Assembly: GCA_963713825.1 (NCBI GenBank)
Contig: CAVQNG010000003.1
Coordinates: 1 to 64,000 of the forward strand
Origin: an uncultured Acidobacteriota bacterium
GTDB taxonomy: Bacteria > Acidobacteriota > Thermoanaerobaculia > Multivoradales > JAHEKO01
DNA length: 64,000 nucleotides
Direction: 5' to 3'
Below, in pieces: positions 1 to 7,350 of the stretch. A program made the translations under genes and the position numbers. The notes below the pieces were generated by a model. That model was not told the DNA's origin, made no database searches, and saw nothing but the letters and a program-made list of their open reading frames with translations. The stretch's first letter is position 1, and each line of letters starts with the position of its first letter.

Positions 1-1671
1 GTCCAGGAATGTCCCAACTCAAATTCCCCGGCCTCAGTGCCGTCCAGGACGCCGTATAGCTTGATCCGGCCGTCAGACCAGATCTCTATCTTGTCACACA
101 GGGCGCGGATGATCTTCTGGCGTGTTTTCAGTATGGCGTTTCGGTCGTCTTGAGACATGGCTTTCAATTCGTCGAGTGTCTGGTCGATATCCGGCAACTC
201 GGCCTGGAGCGCGGTCAGGAACTGCGTCGCGTAGTCCAACCCGGACTGCACCTTGACTGCATTATCTCTCAATTCCGTCAGCCTGTCAAGCTCCTCGCGC
301 CAGTGCTTTCGAGCCTCCTCGGTTTCGTCCATCCGGGCGTCAAACTCCGCTTCAGAGATCTTGCCTCTTGCCGCCTGCCGCTGGAAGAAGGCCCGTTCCT
401 GGTCAACCTCAGCAAGTTTCAGGCGGACGTGGGCGATTTCGCCACTCACGCTCTCTCCTTCTGCTCTGAGGGCCTCGATGTGGCCCGCGACCTGGGCCCG
501 GATCAGGTCGGGTTGCTTGATTCCATTGTCTACGATGTAGCGCCACACAACCCAGTCCAACGTCTTCCCATCCCAAGAGAAGGGGAGGGGATGCTCTTCC
601 TCGGGGAACATATTGGCGTTCACGCATTGATATCGATGCCTCGGGATCTGGCGTAGGGTTCGATTGTAGGTTCCGTCTGCCACCCGGTGGTACGAAAAGT
701 TCTGTGCATTGGTGGAGGTCAGCCGCCCACACTCGGCGCAGTGCAGGAGGCCCTGCAAGAGATACACGCCTCTGGCGTTTCGAGTCGAGAGCCGCTGGTT
801 GCGCTTCAGTTTGGCCTGCACACGCTGCCATTGCTCGAGGGTGATGATCTGTGGGATTTCTATGGTGTACTCCTCGCCATCGGCAAATCGCCACGAGAGG
901 CTGCCGGTGTATTCCTTGGAGTTCAGGATACCATAGATGCTTGCCGGGTTCCAATCGTGTAGCCGCTCCACTTCTCTCTTTTGGCCTGCCTCCCGCGCCA
1001 AGAGTCTGTTTCGCAGCCGAATCACCGAGACGCCGCTGTCGTACCAGTCAAAGACATGTTTGACGATCTGGACCTCTTGCTCATCGGCAAGCACGATTCT
1101 GCGCCCGCGCTTGCCTGGCTCGCGCACACATTCGTATCCCAATCGAATATAGTGCCCTGGCCATCGACCCTGTTGCAGAGTCGCGATCTTGCCCATTCTG
1201 GAGCGCTCCACGCGACGTTTGTTTTCCTCGCGCCAGATGGTCGCTTTGATGCTCAAGAGTGAACCGATCAATCTCGCCGCCTGTCGCGTCGAACACCTTG
1301 ATCTTGCCTTTGCCGTTTCGCCGAGCATCGCCGGCGTCGAGGGCATCTTCCAAGGCCACAGCAACGCGGGGGTGCCGCACCAAGCGGTCGTCACGCCAAC
1401 ACAGTGCGGCGTCAACCTCCCCAGTCCTCAACCGTTCAAGCATGGCCAGCAGGCCGGGTCGGTCTGCCCGTTCTCCAGAAGGATTGACGATCTTGCCTTT
1501 GTTCGGTGCTTGGGTCGCTCGATAGTTCTCGCAGTCCACAAACGTTTCCAAGACGTTCCAGTCCATACGCTCACAAAGCGCCTGCATGCCGGAAAGCTGC
1601 TGATCGATGCTGGCGCTCTCGTCCTTTGCTTGTTCTTCACTGCTCACTCTCGCGCTCAATACGACATTCAT
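1..1671 (-). CDS. Large serine recombinase (resolvase + recombinase + zinc-ribbon domains); one apparent frameshift near 1255; 3' end runs off the window
   Basis: N-terminus MNVVLSARVSSEEQ...SIDQQL, SGERADRPGL, WRDDRLVR. After a 1-nt shift near 1255 the frame stays open to nt 1 and reads SIKATIWREENKRRVER...LGY...LLQGLLHCAECG...YQC plus a coiled coil, which is typical large serine recombinase architecture. Confidence 0.88.
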
Positions 1672-2024
1672 ACTGCTATCTTCCCTTTGTGTGACGCTGA
1701 GATCTATGCTATGATCCAGCTTGGGCCGGGTGCTGCTGCTGTGGTAGGCTTGACGCCCGGCCCGCCGGTGGGTCAGTGGGTATCCGACAAATCGTCGGCT
1801 GCCGCTGGCCCGCTTCTCTATTCGCCGCTGGCGACGTGCGGCGTTCCGCTGGGCTGCGCGCCAGCCACTCGACCTGGACCACGGCCAACCCCGCTGTCTT
1901 TTCCAGAAAAGCCAAGAGCAGCTCACCGGCCTTGGTCTCGAATAACAGCCACCGTAGAAACATCGTTTCTCACCTCCTTCCCTTTGCTTTGTCTTGTACT
2001 CACTGCAGATGGTCCGCATCCACA

Positions 2025-2319
2025 TCACAGCCCCAGACCGTCGAGATTGGCTGCCACGTCCGCCGGTTCATCGTCAGATTCGGGGACTACCCCCATGCTT
2101 CCGGCCTGCACCAAACGAGGATCCGCTCCCCAGCTTGCGTTCGAGGTCCTTGACCGCCTGGTAAACATCCCCCAGAGTCACGCCCCCACTTCCGAGGTGA
2201 GCGTGAAGGGCATCCCGGATCGCTTTCGATTTCTCTCCCCTGGGCAGTCCTTCCAGATAGCGCAGGATACGCTTGTCCTTCTGGCTGTCCAGAGCGAAAG
2301 ACATCACGACTCTTGCCAT
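2025..2319 (-). CDS. ParR-like / ribbon-helix-helix partition adaptor (probable frameshift near 2115)
   Basis: Small gene directly downstream of the ParM-like gene. MARVVMSFALDSQKDKRILRYLEGLPRGEKSKAIRDAL fits a beta-strand-helix-helix fold. An alternate frame gives a plausible acidic tail VPESDDEPADVAANLDGLGL* ending at 2025. Confidence 0.55.
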
Positions 2320-2358
2320 CGTCTCCCCCTTGTAGTACCCGGTCATAACTACTGGGTA

Positions 2359-3335
2359 CTACCCGAGCCGCTGGGCAAAGCGCCAGTAGCCCAGAGCATT
2401 GGCGAAAACGGGATTGTCTACCACCCGCACATGGGGGAAGGCCCGAGTCAGGTACGGCCCCAGCAATAGGGCGCCACCGCCAGCCACGAGGATCGCCTCC
2501 AGCCCGGCCGCGCCGTTCCACAGTTGTGTGGCTTGGGCGATTACCTGGTCGCCCATCGGCTCCAGCATCGCGTCGATCACGTTCCCAGGTCCACCAGAGC
2601 CCCGAAGTACTTGACGCGGCGCTTGACGATGGCGTCGATCACCTGGTGGTCCCGCAGCTCCAGGTCAGGGCAGTGATTGGTCAGGTATTCGCGTACTGCC
2701 CGGGCCACGTCCCAGGCCCCCAGGTTTATGCTAGCCGTCTCCCGGCCGATCTCTGCCAGGCGATTGACACTCAGCAGGTTCGTGGTCTTGCCGCCAACGT
2801 CGATGACGCCCACTGCCCCGGTAGCCAGGTCGTGGTTCACGATCTTCCCATGGTCGTTTAGCGCCTCGGCTAGCAGTGTCCCGAACGGCTGGGGGATCAC
2901 CCGGCACTCACTCACTTGGAACGTTTGTGCGCGCCGCCCTTCCCTAGCCACTCTGTGGTGGCCGAGGAACCGGTCGCGCAGGGCGTCCTTGTCGGCAGAG
3001 TAGAAGGCCACCGGCAGCCCAGTCACCACCACCAAGTCACACCAGGTGGCCGCGGTAAGCTCGGTGAAACCGGCCAACATCAACCGGCGATACGCATTGC
3101 TGGCGATCCAGCCCCGATCCTCCCGCCGGTCCACGAATCGGCTCTGGGCGACGGCCCCCTCGCCGATGAGCCAGCTCCCATCGCCAGGCAGATCCAGGAT
3201 GATGTGCCCGTCTGCACTGCTGACGGCGAAACGCGCCCGGTCTGGCGTGCCCACCACGGAGGGAAAGGTCACCAGGCGGTCAGGACCAGCCACCGCCTTC
3301 ACAGAACTGTATCCAATGTCGATTCCTACGTTCAT
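2359..3335 (-). CDS. parM: ParM/StbA-family actin-like ATPase (frameshift near 2580)
   Basis: Phosphate-1 GIDIGYSSVK, VVTGLP, VIPQPFG, phosphate-2 IDVGGKTTN. The adenosine motif ILVAGGGA and FANALGY lie in the next frame (ORF 2359..2580). Confidence 0.85.
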
Positions 3336-3369
3336 CGTTCGCACTCCTTTCATCTGGTCTTGCTTGAGA

Positions 3370-3418
3370 AAACAAAAAACGGCCACCCGATCCCACTGAC
3401 AATGGATCGGGTGGCCGT
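3370..3418 (-). terminator. Intrinsic terminator / attenuator just upstream of parM
   Basis: 15-bp perfect inverted repeat ACGGCCACCCGATCC...GGATCGGGTGGCCGT (3379-3418) followed on the minus strand by a T-rich run. Confidence 0.75.
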
Positions 3419-3422
3419 CTAA

Positions 3423-3451
3423 TTGACGACATAACCAGGCTATGCTAGAAT
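3423..3451 (+). promoter_or_regulatory. Sigma70-type promoter (antisense orientation)
   Basis: TTGACG (3423-3428), 17-nt spacer, TAGAAT (3446-3451) with an extended -10 TG. No convincing plus-strand CDS follows. Confidence 0.65.
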
Positions 3452-3457
3452 AGCATC

Positions 3458-3550
3458 AGCCTGGCTCGCTGTCCTTCCTACGGGTGCGTCAGCGGGTTGG
3501 GTTAGGGCTGTGTTGGTGTTGGCGCACCAGCACGGCCCGTTTTCTTATTT
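3458..3550 (+). ncRNA. Putative ~90-nt antisense small RNA
   Basis: Bounded by the 3423-3451 promoter and a 14-bp stem (3505-3538) that pairs fully only as plus-strand RNA (two G-U pairs) and is followed by GTTTTCTTATTT. Confidence 0.5.
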
Positions 3551-3719
3551 CAGGACATCGGTCCTGTTTTTCAGGTTCCTCGGGCAGGTCTTCCTCTACC
3601 CAACGCTCCAGGTATTCCTTCACGACGGCAGTGATGGTCGTCCCTAGCAAAGCAGCTTTGGCTTTGACACGCCTGTGCAAGTCCTCCGGTAATCGTATGG
3701 TCGTCTTCCGATCTTCCAT
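3489..3719 (-). CDS. CopG/Arc/ParG-like ribbon-helix-helix regulator
   Basis: MEDRKTTIRLPEDLHRRVKAKAALLGTTITAVVKEYLERW is a classic RHH pattern. The C-terminal tail may be a frameshift extension. Confidence 0.75.
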   Translation of the reverse strand: MEDRKTTIRLPEDLHRRVKAKAALLGTTITAVVKEYLERWVEEDLPEEPEKQDRCPEIRKRAVLVRQHQHSPNPTR

Positions 3720-3768
3720 CCCTGCCTTCTTTATGTCTGCCTAGTTTCCTGGTTTGCTATCTTGCCAT

Positions 3769-3798
3769 ATTATACACCCTATTTGCGCCCGTTGTCAA
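3769..3798 (-). promoter_or_regulatory. Consensus sigma70 promoter for the RHH gene
   Basis: Minus strand TTGACA, 18 nt, TATAAT, about 50 nt upstream of the RHH start. Confidence 0.7.
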
Positions 3799-3923
3799 GT
3801 CTGACTCGGACTGTGCTGGTGACAGGCTATGCGGTTGTAAAAGTGCCAATGGTGGACGAGATCCCCGAATCGCTCGTAGGGCTATTTGTTTCCGGCGATC
3901 TGTGCTTCACCCCTCGACCACAC

Positions 3924-4778
3924 CTACCGGAGTCTCTGTTCTTCTTCAGGAAACTCGCGTTCGTAGTTCAGTAGAGTCCGGCCGGTGATGTTGTAGTTGG
4001 AATGCGCCCAGCGATCCTTGTTCTCGATCAGGCCACTGTCCCGAACGGCCCGATAGTGTTGCACGATCTCGCGGCGTTTGCGAGGCGAGTAGGCGTAGCG
4101 ATCACTCTCTGCCGCTGCATCATCCCGTCCGGGTTCTGTCCTGGATGTTTCCGGGCCTGATTCCCTTTGCTGCTCATCGGGGATCAGTTCGACTTGCACT
4201 CTTGAGTCGTGGTGAAGCTCTGGGTCCTGGTGAGCACGGCCGGGGTGATGACCATTCCTTGCCAGCCGCAGCATCTCGACCAACTCCTGCGGCGGGCAAT
4301 AGCTCAGCGCCTTGTTGGTCGCCTGGGAGAATACATCCAGGGCCAGACGCTTCTCGACCGGTCCTTGGGTGGCAACCGCCGGCGCGGAGCCTCGAATGAA
4401 GGACGCCAGGGTGTCCGGGGGCCAGTAGCGAAGCGCGAACTGGGCGGCGGACAGATACCAGTTTGCAGCCTGGATCGCATGCCGTGAGGGAGGCTGCCAG
4501 TCTGGTCTGGTGAGCCTTCGAACTGCCCCCAAGCGCTTGACTCCCAGCCCAGGGAGGGCTAGCAGCGCCCAATCCGAGACCCCATCCACCTGTTGGAGGG
4601 TGGTGTACCCTGCCTGGACCAGCTTGCGCAGAGCGATCGCCGTGGAGTGGTCATTGCCGGCGGCCAGGGTCTGGGCCAGTTCGTACAGTAGGTTTTCGCC
4701 ATGGGTACGGGCGCGCATCAGCTTGCTTTCCCTCTCCAAACAGAACACGGCCCAATGCACCTCTGATGAGGCATTCAC
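3924..4778 (-). CDS. Hypothetical protein with N-terminal RNAP alpha-CTD/HhH-like segment and possible C-terminal HTH
   Basis: ALRKLVQAGYTTLQQVDGVSDWALLALPGLGVKRL resembles the alpha-CTD/HhH pattern. The C-terminus YSPRKRREIVQHY...YNITGRTLLNY is HTH-like. Start codon uncertain. Confidence 0.5.
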   Translation of the reverse strand: MNASSEVHWAVFCLERESKLMRARTHGENLLYELAQTLAAGNDHSTAIALRKLVQAGYTTLQQVDGVSDWALLALPGLGVKRLGAVRRLTRPDWQPPSRHAIQAANWYLSAAQFALRYWPPDTLASFIRGSAPAVATQGPVEKRLALDVFSQATNKALSYCPPQELVEMLRLARNGHHPGRAHQDPELHHDSRVQVELIPDEQQRESGPETSRTEPGRDDAAAESDRYAYSPRKRREIVQHYRAVRDSGLIENKDRWAHSNYNITGRTLLNYEREFPEEEQRLR

Positions 4779-4847
4779 TGAGCCGTGTCTTGTCCCGTTG
4801 GGTGACGTGACTTGGCCTATTCGCTTGTCGCAGAGCCGGTGGTCAAG

Positions 4848-5216
4848 CTACAGCCAGTATTCCCGGTCCTTGAATCCGACGCCGGTGCCGTGGAGGAGCC
4901 GGATGGCGCGCTCGCCATGGCGCCGTTCCAGGTCCACGATCTGTATCAACGCGGGGATACCGTCCTGTAGTTCAATACAGCCTGCCCGAGAGAATTCGAC
5001 GACAAACCTGCCACTCACTCCTGGTAGGGCATGGGCCACACTGTCGGGTAGCATGTCCAGCAGATAGCGCCGGCGCCCTTTCCGGGTTTCCAGCCTTTGC
5101 CGAGCCATGGCGATGGCCGGCTCCAAACTGGGAACAACCGCAAGACCATCGGCAACCAGTTGCCCGATGACTTCCTGAGCGCGAAAGAGCGCTTTCAGAT
5201 CCTGTGTCCTAATCAC
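4848..5216 (-). CDS. Hypothetical protein
   Basis: 122-aa ORF immediately downstream of a clear leftward promoter; no recognisable motif. Confidence 0.5.
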   Translation of the reverse strand: MIRTQDLKALFRAQEVIGQLVADGLAVVPSLEPAIAMARQRLETRKGRRRYLLDMLPDSVAHALPGVSGRFVVEFSRAGCIELQDGIPALIQIVDLERRHGERAIRLLHGTGVGFKDREYWL

Positions 5217-5282
5217 CGTTTCAACCTGCCTTCGCGAGCTGCAATTCCTGCTTACTGTGCTTTCAGCGTCATCTCCTGAGCC

Positions 5283-5311
5283 AGTATACAGGGTGGAAGG
5301 CAGCCTGTCAA
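5283..5311 (-). promoter_or_regulatory. Leftward sigma70 promoter
   Basis: Minus strand TTGACA (5306-5311), 17 nt, TATACT (5283-5288). Confidence 0.7.
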
Positions 5312-5424
5312 TCGTGTGTTCCTACGATCTTGATCTCGTATGTTCTTGCGCGCGGTATCGTACCTTTCCACCGAAAGATCGTAGGAACTACGTATGCCGC
5401 TCGCGCAAGAACTACGTATGCCGC
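5312..5424. repeat. Array of direct and inverted repeats between divergent -35 elements; probable regulator binding sites
   Basis: 16-bp direct repeat GAACTACGTATGCCGC at 5385 and 5409. 14-bp inverted repeat GTTCCTACGATCTT (5318) / AAGATCGTAGGAAC (5375). 11-bp inverted repeat at 5342 / 5402. TCG-initial units at 5312, 5336, 5358, 5379, 5401. Confidence 0.7.
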
Positions 5425-5426
5425 GC

Positions 5427-5455
5427 TTGACCTGGTGCGGGATTTCTGATATGAT
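5427..5455 (+). promoter_or_regulatory. Rightward sigma70 promoter of the signalling cassette
   Basis: TTGACC (5427-5432), 17 nt, TATGAT (5450-5455) with extended -10 TG, 35 nt upstream of the regulator ATG. Confidence 0.65.
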
Positions 5456-5489
5456 AGCGCGCATATGCAACCGGCCGAGGTGGTATTTC

Positions 5490-6113
5490 ATGCTCACTGT
5501 AGCCGTGATTGATGATCACCCAGCGACCCGACTGGGGATCATCGCAGCCCTGAACAAAGTCCCTGATATCGAAGTCGTTGGAGAAGCAGGTTCCGGGCCT
5601 GAACTGGCAGCGCTGCTGAAGGGAAGCGTGCCGGATGTGTTGCTCCTGGACATCAATATGCCCGAGTTCAATGTCTTCGAGGCTGTTCCCCGGATGCAGA
5701 AGCAGTATCCCCAGATGCGGATTATCATCGTGACCATTCAGGAGGACGAGAAGCACGTCTGTGGCCTCGTGGAACTTGGGGTGGATGGCTACCTCATCAA
5801 AGAGGAGCCCATGACCGAGTACGTCAAAGCGATCCGCGCTGTTTCTGCGGGCGGGACGTACTTTAGCCAGCGCGTGGTCCCTATCATGTGGGGCCTGAAT
5901 TCTAATGAAAGTACCCCCAGCCTCACCCCTCGTGAACTGGAGGTGATGGAGCTGATGGCCACAGGCGCAAAAGCAGATGCAATTGCGGAGGAGCTGTTCA
6001 TCACTCCACGAACAGTGACAACCCATGCATCGAACATCTACCGGAAGCTGGGGGCAACCAACCGCGCCGCAGCCGTGCGCCAGGCTATCAAGTTCGGTCT
6101 CATATCTGTATAG
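5490..6113 (+). CDS. NarL/LuxR-family response regulator (ComA-like)
   Basis: VAVIDDHP, DVLLLDINMP (phospho-Asp), GYLIK, and LuxR HTH LTPRELEV...TVTTHASNIYRKLG. Confidence 0.95.
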   Translation: MLTVAVIDDHPATRLGIIAALNKVPDIEVVGEAGSGPELAALLKGSVPDVLLLDINMPEFNVFEAVPRMQKQYPQMRIIIVTIQEDEKHVCGLVELGVDGYLIKEEPMTEYVKAIRAVSAGGTYFSQRVVPIMWGLNSNESTPSLTPRELEVMELMATGAKADAIAEELFITPRTVTTHASNIYRKLGATNRAAAVRQAIKFGLISV

Positions 6114-6130
6114 AGAAGGCTACAAATGGA

Positions 6131-6994
6131 TTGTTGCGCAGGGGAAAGACAGTGAGAACACCGGGCAAGTCACCGTCAAGAGCCAAATACTTCTGGCGTG
6201 CTGCTGGCTACTTTGTGGCCCTGGCTGTCATCAATCTGGTTGCTCATGGCGAACTCGGGTACCTCCTTTCCGAATACCTGCCATCCTGGCTAGCGACTGC
6301 CCTTGAGAGCGTCGTCTATCTGGTAGGCGTCCTGGCTCTGACCTGGGCCTTCTGTCGCTTTGTGGATCACAGTTCGCTCACTGATCTGGGTTTGCAGAAA
6401 CGAGGCTGGCTCGCCAAGCTGGCTGCGGGTTGGGGGCTGGGAGCGCTCCTGATGCTCGTCGTATTCGGCATCCTGGTAGCGGGTGGCTGGCTCACGATCG
6501 AAAGCTCTGCCTGGCAACCATTGGATTTGGCCGCTGCGATCCTGGTCGCCGTTGTGGTCGGCTTCAACGAGGAGCTCGCGTTCCGCGGATACATCATGCA
6601 ACGCCTGGGCCAGGCTTGGGGGATGCCGCTCGCTGTAGCTGGGTCATCCATTCTCTTTGGCCTGGTGCACGTACTCAATCCCAACGCCACTGCTCTGGGC
6701 ATTCTGAGCGTTTGTCTCTCCGGAGTGCTGTATGCTTGTGCATATCTTGTCACCCGCTCTCTGTGGTTGCCCATGGGGCTGCACATGAGTTGGAACATCG
6801 TGCAGATGCACGTCCTGGGATTTCCGGGCTCAGGACACGTCAGACCATCAATCATGCGCTCGGTCACCCAGGGGCCAGATCTGGTGACAGGTGGCGCTTT
6901 CGGTCCCGAAGGGGGGATCGTGGTCATCGGGGTTTCGTTGGCAGCGATCGCCCTTTTGCTCCTTCGATATCGGACAACCCTTACCAAAGACTAA
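6131..6994 (+). CDS. CPBP/Abi (type II CAAX prenyl protease-like) intramembrane glutamic endopeptidase
   Basis: Motifs EELAFRGY, LFGLVH, GLHMSWN and FGPEGG; multiple TM helices. Start may be the GTG at 6152. Confidence 0.92.
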   Translation: MLRRGKTVRTPGKSPSRAKYFWRAAGYFVALAVINLVAHGELGYLLSEYLPSWLATALESVVYLVGVLALTWAFCRFVDHSSLTDLGLQKRGWLAKLAAGWGLGALLMLVVFGILVAGGWLTIESSAWQPLDLAAAILVAVVVGFNEELAFRGYIMQRLGQAWGMPLAVAGSSILFGLVHVLNPNATALGILSVCLSGVLYACAYLVTRSLWLPMGLHMSWNIVQMHVLGFPGSGHVRPSIMRSVTQGPDLVTGGAFGPEGGIVVIGVSLAAIALLLLRYRTTLTKD

Positions 6995-7015
6995 ATCATA
7001 GGAGGCAGAAAAAGT

Positions 7016-7255
7016 ATGAAAGACACAGGATTGTTGCAAATCACACATCGGCTTGTCACGGACGAAGAGTACAGAACGTGGTTTATGACCTCCCCCAAAC
7101 AGGCCTTGATAACCGAATTGGGGATTTCTCCGAGCGCCTACGACTCCCTTGTCGCTGCGCTTCCGCTCTTGCTCGCCGGTGGGTTGTTTGTCGTGGGGGG
7201 AGGAGAAGGGCCTGAGCCGCTTTCCACCGACAACGACTGGGGCAGGCGGGGCTGA
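7016..7255 (+). CDS. Putative ComX-like / RiPP precursor peptide (79 aa, Trp75)
   Basis: Strong RBS (AGGAGG near 7000). Helical leader RLVTDEEYRTWFMTSPKQALITELGIS, hydrophobic Gly-rich segment, C-terminal STDNDWGRRG. Adjacent to the prenyltransferase gene. Confidence 0.72.
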   Translation: MKDTGLLQITHRLVTDEEYRTWFMTSPKQALITELGISPSAYDSLVAALPLLLAGGLFVVGGGEGPEPLSTDNDWGRRG

Positions 7256-7310
7256 GTACTGTCTCGTGCTAGAATCGCACGGGCTAGCTCGCCTTCGTCG
7301 TACTTTGTCA

Positions 7311-7340
7311 GCCCTGCGTTGGAAAACGCAGGGCGTTTTT
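7311..7340 (+). terminator. Stem-loop / intrinsic terminator after the precursor gene
   Basis: GCCCTGCGTT-GGAA-AACGCAGGGC followed by GTTTTT. Confidence 0.7.
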
Positions 7341-7350
7341 GATACGGATC

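Noticed and set aside
1189-2469. 426-aa plus-strand ORF, and similar long antisense ORFs such as 41130-42473 and 51930-53132
   Set aside because: Shadow ORFs opposite well-supported genes in GC-rich DNA, with no motifs.
1250-2585. Programmed ribosomal frameshifting in the recombinase, parR or parM genes
   Set aside because: No slippery heptamers are evident, and similar indels are scattered through unrelated genes, so error or decay is simpler.
5312-5424. Repeat array considered as a mini-CRISPR
   Set aside because: Units are about 16 bp with spacers of 8 bp or less, no cas genes are present, and the array lies between two promoters; operator sites fit better.
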